DNA of 64,000 bases. It comes from a virus (taxonomy: Duplodnaviria; Caudoviricetes). The DNA lies in IMG/VR virus record IMGVR_UViG_3300013121_000026, positions 32,001 through 96,000 of that record. One strand, written 5' to 3'. Made by a program: the position numbers and the translations under genes. A model generated the notes under the pieces. The model was not told where the DNA came from and did not search any database. It worked only from the letters and a program-made list of their open reading frames with translations. The first letter of the stretch is position 1, and each line of letters begins with the position of its first letter. This document shows, piece by piece, positions 34,685 to 44,765 of this stretch.

Positions 34685-35263
34685 ATGATTACTAACAATG
34701 AATTGCTTCCTTTTTACAAAAAATATGTTTCATTGCACGTCCATTTTGCCACGAAAAACTATGATTATAAAAAGTACAAATCAAAGACTCATGCTAACCT
34801 AGAGTCATTTCTAGAGAGAAACGATAGGAATATGTTTGCTTCCCAGTATCACTATGCCAAAGCAGATCCTGAAAAATACCTTCTTGCTAATTTCATTTAT
34901 AATGATTCCCAATACATCCTTGACTTTACAATTGACAATCTTAATGAGTACAACAAAAGAAACGAGAGCCTAACATACCATTTCCAGCAGCAATCGGAAT
35001 TATTAGCTCCAGTGTTCAATGACAATTTTAAATACACTGAAAACTCATACCCATTTCTTTTTAACGAATATGTTGCTAAGAGAATCACTATTGAGACATT
35101 ATTAATTTTAGATCAACTTTGTGGCTACCTAGCCAAGTGGAATGCATTTTACAAGGATGATGATTTCTATCAATACACGATGTTTCGAGTTAACAAATAT
35201 CGGTTAATATTCAATCCAGAAATATCCAAATTTAAAAAATTAATTCTTGACAAGTACACCTAA
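34685..35263 (+). CDS. 59: Helicase loader gp59
   Basis: Y.SL..HF....YDY.KY..K, F..R.D, ITIETL.ILD; synteny before gp32. Confidence 0.85.
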   Translation: MITNNELLPFYKKYVSLHVHFATKNYDYKKYKSKTHANLESFLERNDRNMFASQYHYAKADPEKYLLANFIYNDSQYILDFTIDNLNEYNKRNESLTYHFQQQSELLAPVFNDNFKYTENSYPFLFNEYVAKRITIETLLILDQLCGYLAKWNAFYKDDDFYQYTMFRVNKYRLIFNPEISKFKKLILDKYT

Positions 35264-35355
35264 ATAAAGTATAAATAAAAGATTATACGATGTGATTGTG
35301 AACAAACGTGTTTAAATTATGTATCAAGTGAACAAGGAGAAAAAAGGAAATATAA

Positions 35356-36270
35356 TTGACTACATTTGCTGAACTAAAAAAGAAACAAAAAGAACAGTTT
35401 CAAAAGCTAAACAGTAAAATTACTGAACTAAGCAATCCACAATATAGTAACGACGATGATAGATTTTGGCAACCATCTGTAGACAAGATGGGAAATGGAT
35501 ATGCCGTTATTAGATTTCTTCCAGCACCAGTTAATGAAGATGACCCATTCATTTGTATGTGGGATCACGGATTTAAAGGTCCTACAGGAAAGTGGTACAT
35601 TGAGAAGTCTCTAACTACAATTAAGAAGAAAGACCCTGTCTCAGAATTTAATTCTAAATTGTGGGCAACAGGAGAAAAGAAGAACAAGGATATTGTTTCA
35701 GGAACACCAGGTAATGGTGGTACCAAAAGACGTACATTCTTTTATTCAAACATCTATGTAGTAGATGACCCCGAACATCCAGAAAACAATGGTAAGGTTT
35801 TCTTATATCGTTATGGTAAGAAGATTTTCGATAAGTTAAACGATTTAATGAATCCAAAGTTTCCAGATGAGGAACCTGTCAATCCATTCGATTTATGGTC
35901 TGGTGCTAACTTCAAGTTGAAGATTGCACAAAAGGACGGCTATCGCAATTATGATCGCTCAGAGTTTGCTAAACCTGGTCCTGTTGCAGACGATGATGAA
36001 ATGGAAGAAATTTGGAAGAAGGAATATTCCCTACAGGAATTCCTCAATCCAGAGAACTTCAAGAGTTATGAAGAACTACAAGCTAGGCTGAATGAAGTTA
36101 TGGGCTTTACATCTGAAGACGATGAAGAAGCGCCAAAAACAACTAAGGCTAAAACGCCAAAGAAAGAAGTAGCAGTAGAAGATAACGATGAAGATCCCCC
36201 ATTTGAAGTAGATACTGATAGTGGGGACGATGACGAAGATTTTTTCAAAACACTTATTAAAAAGAAGTAA
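35356..36270 (+). CDS. 32: Single-stranded DNA-binding protein gp32
   Basis: DDRFW, GNGYAVIRFLPAP, GKKIFDK, NPFDLW.GANFKLKI, NYD.SEF, acidic tail. Confidence 0.95.
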   Translation: MTTFAELKKKQKEQFQKLNSKITELSNPQYSNDDDRFWQPSVDKMGNGYAVIRFLPAPVNEDDPFICMWDHGFKGPTGKWYIEKSLTTIKKKDPVSEFNSKLWATGEKKNKDIVSGTPGNGGTKRRTFFYSNIYVVDDPEHPENNGKVFLYRYGKKIFDKLNDLMNPKFPDEEPVNPFDLWSGANFKLKIAQKDGYRNYDRSEFAKPGPVADDDEMEEIWKKEYSLQEFLNPENFKSYEELQARLNEVMGFTSEDDEEAPKTTKAKTPKKEVAVEDNDEDPPFEVDTDSGDDDEDFFKTLIKKK

Positions 36271-36767
36271 TTTTCGTTATTAATTCCATAAATAGTGTTG
36301 TGGGTAAACTTGTTTTGCGTATTACCCACAACACTTATTAAAAAATACACTATGAATTAATTGGACAAAACGATATCCAAATAAAGTTAAGATAGTACTA
36401 AATTATTAAGTACTCCGTGTGGTTCAGGATGAGAACCCAACATGGTTGCGGGCTTTATCGCAAACTGAACGTGATCTTCACATCACGTTCTTAAACCGTC
36501 CGAATTATGCAAAGACGGCAAAAATAAAAGCATTTAAGAGATGGAATACTTTAAACCATCAAAACAGAACAATATCGTTGGACTGGTATTGTTCATTGTT
36601 TGCGAAGATAAGCTGATTTTAAAAGGGTAAACCGCACTTCCTATCCTTTCCTTTAACAAGGTTTTTCTAATCCAATGTAGTAAGGGTGGCTCGACAGGTG
36701 TATCCATACTTACATTTTGCCTTAAAGGGCGAAGTGTAGGTCCAATGGCTGACAAATGTAAATATGA

Positions 36768-37127
36768 TTAGTTTGTTTCCAGTTTCTTTAAATTTTCTTG
36801 AGTTCTTCCAAATGTATATAGACCAAGAATTACACCAAAAGTTATATGAATTAAGCCACCACCCTGAAGAGTTAATGGAGCCCATGGTAAGTAGGCTATC
36901 TTGAATAATCCAGATAATACACCTGTTCCTATTGGTGCTAGGATAAAATCAAATACAACAAGAACTAAGTATATATAGGCAGCAGATGGTCTCCAGTATT
37001 TTACGAACCATTTTTCTTGTTGAGGTCCTTTGTAATCTGGATTAGATACAACAGGAGTTGTCTTGATTTTAATGTCTGATGTAGGTGTTTTGGTTTCTAC
37101 ATCTTCTTCCGTATCTGCTTTACCCAT
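36768..37127 (-). CDS. Putative holin (3TM/GTA-holin-like)
   Basis: YWRP..AYIY...FDFI..P, W.PLTLQGGGL.H..FG.ILG....GRT.E. Confidence 0.7.
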   Translation of the reverse strand: MGKADTEEDVETKTPTSDIKIKTTPVVSNPDYKGPQQEKWFVKYWRPSAAYIYLVLVVFDFILAPIGTGVLSGLFKIAYLPWAPLTLQGGGLIHITFGVILGLYTFGRTQENLKKLETN

Positions 37128-37161
37128 TTAATAATTCCTTTTTTACTAGTATTTATTAATA

Positions 37162-40100
37162 TCAGATACTACAGAACCCAACATTATCATTGTTTCTTTT
37201 ACGACCATAACCATTATCTCTAGCACCAGGCATTGCTTGTTCTGGATTATGAACAGGTGGCGTTATTGATGGTGATCCTTGGGATGGTCTTTCTTTTTGA
37301 TCGTCCTTTGATAACGTTTCCTTGATTGATTCAGATGTAGGTTGTTTTGGAATATCTTCATCTTTTGGTTTAGGAATCGCATTTTCCATATCTTCAGGAT
37401 GAATAATTATTTGATCAGCAATTTGTGATGGTTTAGTATCCGGTGGAACTAATGATGCATCTCTTTGCTTTCTAAATGCAGATTCTGCAGATACCTGATC
37501 AGCAACAGATCCTAGAGTTGCTTTCTTTTCCTCAGTTTTGAAACCATCGATTGATAGGTCCTGAACAGGTGGGAATTGTTGAGCAATTTTCTGTTCTGGA
37601 TCTGTTAATTTAACTGCATCTTTGGTAGGTGGTTCTGCCGGTATATCCAGATCAGATTGTTTTGATTTAGCAACCGGTTTGTTTCTAGTAGAATTTTCTT
37701 CATCATTTATTAAACTCAATTTATGAAATTGAACTTCTGGTCGCATTCGACCACGCGATCCACCCAAATCAAAGTGCATCAGGTCAGGAACGCCACCACC
37801 ACCTAATTTTGTACCAAAAGCACCACCATAACCAATTTTAGTCATTAATTCAGGATCATTTTTTGATACCCAAGTTTTAACTCCTCTAGCTAATAGTGTA
37901 TACATTCCAGTGGTATCTTCGCCTCTATTTGGAATAGGTTTTCCATTTGGATCATAAATTTGAAAATCACCAGCATTACCACCTTTATGATGACTTTGAT
38001 TGTGACCATCTCTAGCTCCTGATGTTTGTTTTAGTGTATATCCTTCGGGTAGATAGCCTGAACCACCAACGACTGCTGCATGTAATCTATCGTTAGTACC
38101 CATTGTACCTTTGCCGACAAATTTAGTATCACCTTGTCCGGGTACTACTGATTCTTTAGTAGCTGTCTGTGATGAGGACTGCCTTGAGAGTGCTCCTAGT
38201 CTGTTACCTATCTCTTTAGAATAAGCAGTACCTGCAGTACCAAACGCATCACGTCCAACTTGTCCAGTTTCTAGCCACTTACGTGCTCCACCTTCTCCTT
38301 GATTATGCGCGTATCCTAAAACCTTTAACTTATCTTCGGAATTTAAATTCCGATACGCATTACTATTTTTTATTAAGTAGTCATGATGATACTTGGTATA
38401 TCTATCAAGGTACCTTTCTTGCATTTGTGGATCTTGTAAGTACTGCTGTCTACTAGGAGCTGACTCTCCTAATCGCTTAGCCGTGCTACTAATCTCATTA
38501 GGACCAAATTGATAGGCTCCTGAGTACTTGTTACTGGAACCTCCAATTAATCCGTACTTACCTCCACTTTCAATCTTAGCTAGCCCTTGACGATAAGCGT
38601 TCCATTGAGAGTCGTTTATACCTAGCTCTTTCTTCATATGAGTAGAATTATAATCAATTAGCTTTGAATTCTTATCCAGACCTGTACGATCACCTGATAT
38701 GATCGTATCTCCTGTAGGAGAAGATGTTTGTGTTGATGCTGTAGTACTGTTTCCACCAGTGTTTCTAGTACCAATAGCCTCACCAGCAGCTTGTGCTTGT
38801 TGTTCTGGAGATTGACCAGTAATTTGACCCCATAATGATCTAGCAGACCCCATCATAGGATTCATTCTAACATCAGCTAATTGATCTGCTTTATCTACGC
38901 CATGCTTTTCTACATCTTCATTGTACTGCTGACGTTGTCTTTCATTCATCTTAGGAGACGAAGTTTTTTGACTATCTCCCTTCTCATCCAAGTCTTTTAA
39001 AATTCTAGGCTTGCTAGTAAATGTAATGTTTGGAGAATCCAGAACAATATTAGGCGCATCAAGAGTAATTGTTCCTTGTGCCTTAGCTTTGATATTTCTT
39101 AGGGCTAAGAACTCAATGTCGCTTAGTTTAGCTTCTAATGATATTGATGACTTCTTTAATTCATAGTTATCAGTAGTGTTTTCAAAGCTGTTGTTATTAA
39201 CAATTTTTTCAGCTTCATTTTCTTTCTTGCTGCCCGTAATTCTTTCCCATGTTCTGGTCCAATGAGATTTAGCTAGTTCATCTGCCTTTTCTTCGCCATA
39301 CTTTTTAATATTATCCTGATGAACAATGTTTTGCTTGTCTTTATTCATAGACAGGAAGTATTCGCTAAATGTCTTACCACTACCTAAATAATCATTCCAT
39401 GTACTTGAAGCAAGACCTATTCCACCACCAACAGCAGCACCTAGGGCCGCTCCAGGACCGGCTCCAATACCAGCAACAGGAGCAGTCCCAATACCACCAA
39501 GCATAGCACCAACACCTGCACCTGATGCAGCCCATCCTGCAACAGACATCATTCTATTAGCATTTCTGGAATCTAAACCGCCCTCCCAGTTGCCTTTTAA
39601 TGGATCACGGTTTCTTAGTGCTTTGTCTGATTCAGATGCACTATAAGCAGACAATGCTGTTCCTGCTGCTACACCTAACGCTCCTTTAACTCCTAGTCCA
39701 CCTAGTTTAGATAAAGTAGAAACATCTTTGACGGTCTTAACAGCCTTATAGCCTGAGTATGCCTTAACTGCGTCATTTATTAAAGAGTTATTATTTTTGT
39801 CTTGCTGATTGGGTTCAATATTTCGATTAGCGTCATTATCGTTTTTTATTAATGACGTTGATTTTTTTTTAATTAGCTCATTTTCAATTCGATATTTAAG
39901 TTTGCCTAGATCTTCATCAAATTGCTTTTGCTTTTTAGAAATAACAGTGACATCTTTTTTGATGTTTTCTGTGTAAACAGCAACCTTTTTGATTTGTTGA
40001 TAGATATGTTCACTAACAGCAATGACTTTGTTTTCAAGTTTATCTAGATCTTCTGTAAATCCATCTGACAAAGCATTAATCATAGAGTAGACATCACCCT

Positions 40101-40362
40101 TATTGATTTTTTTGCCATACTTCTTGATTATTTTTTGTGCATCCGGACTTTTATCTACAGATAGTTCCGAACGATTGTTGGTAGTTGTTTCAAATGGTTT
40201 AGTGTTCGCAGTTGTCTCCGTCTGTCCTGGAAGTTCAGGCGCAACAGAACCACCAATAGGTGGAGCACCTATTGCTTGCTGAACTCCTCTGACTCCGGCT
40301 TTAAGTATTTCAGCTCCTGAAGAAGTTGTCTTACTTAAAATTTTCTCGAACATATTAGCCAT
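37162..40362 (-). CDS. Baseplate hub/tape-measure-like protein with peptidoglycan-hydrolase domains
   Basis: Follows gp26-gp51; Gly/Ala hydrophobic segment; lysozyme-like IESGGKY..GAYQF; M15-like SH..G.A.D...HFD. Confidence 0.6.
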   Translation of the reverse strand: MANMFEKILSKTTSSGAEILKAGVRGVQQAIGAPPIGGSVAPELPGQTETTANTKPFETTTNNRSELSVDKSPDAQKIIKKYGKKINKGDVYSMINALSDGFTEDLDKLENKVIAVSEHIYQQIKKVAVYTENIKKDVTVISKKQKQFDEDLGKLKYRIENELIKKKSTSLIKNDNDANRNIEPNQQDKNNNSLINDAVKAYSGYKAVKTVKDVSTLSKLGGLGVKGALGVAAGTALSAYSASESDKALRNRDPLKGNWEGGLDSRNANRMMSVAGWAASGAGVGAMLGGIGTAPVAGIGAGPGAALGAAVGGGIGLASSTWNDYLGSGKTFSEYFLSMNKDKQNIVHQDNIKKYGEEKADELAKSHWTRTWERITGSKKENEAEKIVNNNSFENTTDNYELKKSSISLEAKLSDIEFLALRNIKAKAQGTITLDAPNIVLDSPNITFTSKPRILKDLDEKGDSQKTSSPKMNERQRQQYNEDVEKHGVDKADQLADVRMNPMMGSARSLWGQITGQSPEQQAQAAGEAIGTRNTGGNSTTASTQTSSPTGDTIISGDRTGLDKNSKLIDYNSTHMKKELGINDSQWNAYRQGLAKIESGGKYGLIGGSSNKYSGAYQFGPNEISSTAKRLGESAPSRQQYLQDPQMQERYLDRYTKYHHDYLIKNSNAYRNLNSEDKLKVLGYAHNQGEGGARKWLETGQVGRDAFGTAGTAYSKEIGNRLGALSRQSSSQTATKESVVPGQGDTKFVGKGTMGTNDRLHAAVVGGSGYLPEGYTLKQTSGARDGHNQSHHKGGNAGDFQIYDPNGKPIPNRGEDTTGMYTLLARGVKTWVSKNDPELMTKIGYGGAFGTKLGGGGVPDLMHFDLGGSRGRMRPEVQFHKLSLINDEENSTRNKPVAKSKQSDLDIPAEPPTKDAVKLTDPEQKIAQQFPPVQDLSIDGFKTEEKKATLGSVADQVSAESAFRKQRDASLVPPDTKPSQIADQIIIHPEDMENAIPKPKDEDIPKQPTSESIKETLSKDDQKERPSQGSPSITPPVHNPEQAMPGARDNGYGRKRNNDNVGFCSI

Positions 40363-40485
40363 TTACTTCTTTTCTTTCGCTAAACTTAAATATACGTCTC
40401 TCTCAAATGGTATTAAATTTTCTAGACTTTCGATGTCCCATTTATAATGTTCGGCTAATAAAACGTTGTCTTTGAAATACTTCAA
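40363..40485 (-). CDS. 51: Baseplate hub assembly protein gp51 (start uncertain)
   Basis: LKYFKDNVLLAEHYKWDIESLENLIPFERDVY fits the gp51 pattern; absent from the ORF track. Confidence 0.75.
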   Translation of the reverse strand: MKYFKDNVLLAEHYKWDIESLENLIPFERDVYLSLAKEKK

Positions 40486-40499
40486 AAGAGTGTTGTTTA

Positions 40500-41216
40500 T
40501 TAGCCCAATGTAAAAAAATCTTGTAATGTAGTTAACTCGATTGTTCTTTCGTTTCCTAGTTTGTTAGTGTATGTAATCTTGTAATACAGTGTTGGTAGAT
40601 TACCAAAAAACGTTTTAAACTGTTCAAACGTTTTTATTGGTAACTGGTCAAGCCATTGAAGTAATTCTTCATCATTATATCCATCTAGCTTAATTCCTTT
40701 TTGAGAAATTTTACTAATACATGACAGGATCAATTTAGTTAGAACGTCTGCACCAGTTGCTTCCAAAAACGTCTTATCAATATATAGACTTGATGGCGGG
40801 TATTTTAGATCAATAACAATTTCATCATTAACAATAATTGTATTTGACTGTTCTGATGGAAAATTAACTCCAACATTTTCAAGGTTAACGTCGAAGTTGC
40901 GAATTTCCTTATCCTCGCCATCTTGGTAGGATACATTAATTATATTACCAATTGATGCAGATCTAATCTTAATAAAAAGAAACTCTAGGTCGATGATTGA
41001 TAAATCATCGATATTAAAATTTTCTGTAGTGATGCAATCATTAGCAACTTGTCTAACAGCAGACAATGTCTCAAATTTATCACTGTTCTCTTTTGCCATC
41101 AAAAGAATTTTTTCTTCACGAGCAAGCATTGGACGATAGACAACGTCTTTCTTGCTAATTGGAAGGGTCAAAGAGAATTGAGGGTGTTTAATCTTCGGTA
41201 GCATTATTTTCTCCAT
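40500..41216 (-). CDS. 26: Baseplate hub subunit gp26
   Basis: LPKI..P...L.LP.S...V.YRP.L.REEKILL.A, DLEFLF.KIR..SIG, C-terminal DFF. Confidence 0.85.
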   Translation of the reverse strand: MEKIMLPKIKHPQFSLTLPISKKDVVYRPMLAREEKILLMAKENSDKFETLSAVRQVANDCITTENFNIDDLSIIDLEFLFIKIRSASIGNIINVSYQDGEDKEIRNFDVNLENVGVNFPSEQSNTIIVNDEIVIDLKYPPSSLYIDKTFLEATGADVLTKLILSCISKISQKGIKLDGYNDEELLQWLDQLPIKTFEQFKTFFGNLPTLYYKITYTNKLGNERTIELTTLQDFFTLG

Positions 41217-41811
41217 TTTCTAGATTATAATTAAAAGGCTGATCACTTTTATACCAATCATTATAGGCTATAACTACGGGCAATCTAGCAATGCTGTTGT
41301 CCGCCCAATTTCCTCTAACGTCGCCTATCATTAAAGGGAAAGCATCTCTTAAGATAATATTGTGTGATTGTTGGCCATCATCTCTAAATGTTGCAACATG
41401 AACATCAACAAGATAATCGCTTTTGTAAGTTAGCTCATAAGGAGCCTGAGCAGAATTAGTTCCTGTTATTCCCTGGCTCATGTCAAAATTAGTAATAAGT
41501 CTAGCCCACGATCCAAAGAAATCATGCATCTTTCCTTCACCATCCAATAGAACAGTAAATGCAATATCCTGAAAGATCGGAGCAAACGGTCTTTTTTCGC
41601 GTGAGCCATATGAGTATCTAGCACCTTCGTAAGCAGCTATATTAACTCCGGGCAGTGATGTTCCTTCACACCAGTATTCCAAATATCTAACCGTCTCAGA
41701 ATATCTCCAGCCTAGTCCTGCAGGAATATTAAACCTTGTAAGGAACTTATTCGCTTTAGTGTAATTGGTAGTCTGAGTAATTGCTTTAAAATCGTGAATA
41801 TTAAATGCCAT
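41188..41811 (-). CDS. Tail-tube-like protein (gp54 tube initiator family)
   Basis: CEGTSLPG, FF..W, Y..DY, L.DAFP. Confidence 0.7.
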   Translation of the reverse strand: MAFNIHDFKAITQTTNYTKANKFLTRFNIPAGLGWRYSETVRYLEYWCEGTSLPGVNIAAYEGARYSYGSREKRPFAPIFQDIAFTVLLDGEGKMHDFFGSWARLITNFDMSQGITGTNSAQAPYELTYKSDYLVDVHVATFRDDGQQSHNIILRDAFPLMIGDVRGNWADNSIARLPVVIAYNDWYKSDQPFNYNLENGENNATED

Positions 41812-42461
41812 TATTTTCTTCTCTTTCTACCAGAATCCATACTTTTAATCTTGGTGTTTGATTCCTTCCACACCTGAGTCTGGCTTGCTTTTTTGAATTG
41901 TGCAAATGGCAGAGCTATTGTTTTCTTCCAATCTTCAGGTTCAATAATTAACAATCTGGATCTAACATGCCCGGCTAGGTATCTTTTGATGCATGGGGCA
42001 TAAGCAGTACCGGTTGCTTGAAGAAACTTGTACGTAATATTAATTCTGTTCTTCTTGTCATCAAATGCCTGCATTAGATTTTCCAATAGAGCTTGTCTAA
42101 GTTTTGGTGGTAGATAATGTAGGTTAATTCCAAGCCAACCATCTTCTTTTAGTTCAAAAGGAAATATCAATGGATAGATGTCATAGTATGGCAGTTCTTC
42201 TTTCCACTTTGGGTCATATGTGTATAGCAACATGCTTCCTATAAATTCCTTGCGCATGTTTCCTCTAGTGATAAATTTACCACTTTGCTTGTTCTTAATA
42301 ATGTCCTCGGTAGTAATACCAGTAGCACCCATCAATCCTTTAACGTGACGAAGCTTTTTAGCCTCATCAATAAGCCATCTTAGTGATGATAGCTTATTTG
42401 GCTCATTCTCAATTTGCCATGCTTTTAGAATAGATTTAATAGTATCTGGACGATCATACAT
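41811..42461 (-). CDS. 2: DNA end protector gp2
   Basis: Y.YDPK.K..LPYYD.YPL, GINLHYLP, C.KRYL..HVRS. Confidence 0.92.
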   Translation of the reverse strand: MYDRPDTIKSILKAWQIENEPNKLSSLRWLIDEAKKLRHVKGLMGATGITTEDIIKNKQSGKFITRGNMRKEFIGSMLLYTYDPKWKEELPYYDIYPLIFPFELKEDGWLGINLHYLPPKLRQALLENLMQAFDDKKNRINITYKFLQATGTAYAPCIKRYLAGHVRSRLLIIEPEDWKKTIALPFAQFKKASQTQVWKESNTKIKSMDSGRKRRK

Positions 42462-42900
42462 TGTATAAATGTTCCTCAGTCATTATTTGAAATTTCCATC
42501 CTCTTTTTTTAGCGTATTCCTCGGCTGCTTTCCATTTAGCTAAGTTTTTTCCGTAGGTCAGCGCTTCTCTAATGTAAGTTGATTCTCTTTTTTTGGGCGC
42601 TCTTTTGGGTACTTGTGTTTGGGATTTTGGCTTAATCTCAACTATTAATTCTTCAATTAGCCCTTGCTTGTTCTTCTGCTTGATCCAGAAGTCTGGAAAA
42701 TAGCGATGAATTTTGTTATCAATTGGATTTCTATAAGGCACAAAGAATTCTTCTGAGGAATATTGGATAATATTCTCATTCTTGTCCAAAAATGTTAATA
42801 GTTTAAGCTCCCATGAAGAACGATAGACAATATTAGTTGGATTGCCCTTATATTTCTCAGGATTTGCTGGCTTGTATTTTCCTTGTAAAAATTTTCCCAT
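42454..42900 (-). CDS. 4: Head completion nuclease gp4
   Basis: P.NPEKYKGNP.NI.YRSSWE, HRYFPDF, EIKP..QT, AKW.AA, TE..L. Confidence 0.93.
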   Translation of the reverse strand: MGKFLQGKYKPANPEKYKGNPTNIVYRSSWELKLLTFLDKNENIIQYSSEEFFVPYRNPIDNKIHRYFPDFWIKQKNKQGLIEELIVEIKPKSQTQVPKRAPKKRESTYIREALTYGKNLAKWKAAEEYAKKRGWKFQIMTEEHLYNV

Positions 42901-42908
42901 TTAATCTC

Positions 42909-42940
42909 TATAAATAAGTTAAGTAATCGTAATATTTATA
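42909..42940. promoter_or_regulatory. Crossed pair of T4 late promoters
   Basis: TATAAATA on plus (42909-42916) and minus (42933-42940) between divergent gp4 and gp48. Confidence 0.8.
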
Positions 42941-42948
42941 GGAAATAC

Positions 42949-43914
42949 ATGGCGGACATTAATACAATTCAAAATGATATGTCTATAGGGGATGCTAATC
43001 AACCAACAGAGCAACCTGCGTCTCTTGGCGTCTATTTACCACCAACACCCACAACACAGATTGATTCAGTTGTTCAAAGCTCATCAAATTCAGCAGCTTT
43101 ATCGTTTCCTTCGGACACGCCAAAATATTACTTCAAGCTGGATTTTTACAATTATTCTCGAAAAAACTTAATGGAAGTAGGACAATTAAAAGGTCCAATA
43201 GGATCAGTTGTACTTCCAGTTCCAATGCAAATTGTTAATCCAACTACTTTGCTGTGGGATCAAGAAGCCTTAGGATTGGGACCAGGTGGATTGCTGCAAG
43301 GAGTGTCAAGTGCAGTTAACGACGCTACTGATACTTTTATTAATTTAGCAAAAGGAAGATTAACTGAAGCACAAAATGGAATGAATAATTTGCCTGGTAG
43401 TTTAGCAACTGCTGGTATTGCTACAGCAGCAATTGCTGCTCAGGTAGGATCAGGACTAGGACAAGCAATTCCGGGTACACAAGGAGTTTCTGCTGCGGCT
43501 GCTGGTGTTACTAGAGGCGCTATGTCTTTATTTGGTATTTCACCAAATCAGTTCGTTACTATTGTATTTAAGGGTCCTACTTACAAGCAATTACAATTTT
43601 CATGGAAGCTAATGCCACGAAATCAAAAAGAATCTGAAGTTATTAAAAATATTTGTAAGCTGGTTAACGATAAAGCTTCGCCAACGACAACGCTTGGTGC
43701 TTTGTTATGGAAATTTCCAAGCATTGTTCAAATGTCATTTTCTCCAAATGCTGATTATTTGTTCAAGTTCAAGCCAGCAGTAATTCAATCATTTGTTTCA
43801 AATTATACTCCGGGTGGTATGCCTGCTTTCTATAAAGGATCTGGTGCACCAGAAGCGGTGGATATTTCACTAAGAACATTAGAATTAGAATACTGGTTAG
43901 ATGGGCAACACTAA
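42949..43914 (+). CDS. Baseplate tail-tube cap gp48-like
   Basis: PN.....FKGP....F.WKL.PRN.KES, V.....NYTP.G, L...ELE. Confidence 0.75.
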   Translation: MADINTIQNDMSIGDANQPTEQPASLGVYLPPTPTTQIDSVVQSSSNSAALSFPSDTPKYYFKLDFYNYSRKNLMEVGQLKGPIGSVVLPVPMQIVNPTTLLWDQEALGLGPGGLLQGVSSAVNDATDTFINLAKGRLTEAQNGMNNLPGSLATAGIATAAIAAQVGSGLGQAIPGTQGVSAAAAGVTRGAMSLFGISPNQFVTIVFKGPTYKQLQFSWKLMPRNQKESEVIKNICKLVNDKASPTTTLGALLWKFPSIVQMSFSPNADYLFKFKPAVIQSFVSNYTPGGMPAFYKGSGAPEAVDISLRTLELEYWLDGQH

Positions 43915-44765
43915 TGGAACAATACTTTCAAAAATTTCCAGTTATTAAATACAATAACACCCTAACAAGAAATATAACTGAAAGAGTTTCTTTAACATTG
44001 GATTATCATTCTCCAAATTCATATTACCCATATGAATTGAAGTATGGAATGAGAAGTGATGTTGTCGCTAATGCCTATTACAATGATTCATATTTAGATT
44101 GGTTGATTTATTTAACTAATGGAATAACCGATCCTTATTATGATTGGTATCTGGATCCAGAACAATTTAATAAGTATCTGATCAAAAAATACGGTGGCAT
44201 TGAGGATGCTCAAGAAAAGATTCTGTTCTATCGTAATAATTGGGCGGATGACACAATTAATGTATCTCCAACAGTTTACAGCAATCTACCAGAACAAATT
44301 AAAAAGTATTACATTCCAAACTTTGGAGTCGGCGCAGAGATACAATTCTATTCAAGACGACAAGAAGATTGGCAAGTGAATACTAACCAGACATTTACAT
44401 TTACTTCTTCTGGAATATTTGAAGTCGATGATGTTGTTGAGTTTGTAGATGGAGACGTTGTTGGTTATGGCATTTGTTGCAATGTTTCAGATAGTCAATA
44501 CACGCTTCAACATATGTTTGGTGAAGTTCCAACTGTTGCAATGACAGTTCAAAAGAAAAATACCACGACTACCTATGCTATTACAGAAATTATCTCGCAT
44601 GTTTATAACATTGATCTTGATGAACAATATTTCTGGTCACCCGTGTATGCATATGACTATGAAATGGAACAAAACGAAAGCAAGAAATTCATTTACTTGC
44701 TAGATGCAAGATTTGCAATGGAAACAACAGAATCGATTAGGCAGAAGTTATTAAAGAATGAGTGA
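43914..44765 (+). CDS. 53: Baseplate wedge gp53
   Basis: YF.KFP.I.Y, R.D.VA..YY....DW.I...N.I.DP..DW, KKYG, YDYE...NE.K. Confidence 0.85.
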   Translation: MEQYFQKFPVIKYNNTLTRNITERVSLTLDYHSPNSYYPYELKYGMRSDVVANAYYNDSYLDWLIYLTNGITDPYYDWYLDPEQFNKYLIKKYGGIEDAQEKILFYRNNWADDTINVSPTVYSNLPEQIKKYYIPNFGVGAEIQFYSRRQEDWQVNTNQTFTFTSSGIFEVDDVVEFVDGDVVGYGICCNVSDSQYTLQHMFGEVPTVAMTVQKKNTTTTYAITEIISHVYNIDLDEQYFWSPVYAYDYEMEQNESKKFIYLLDARFAMETTESIRQKLLKNE

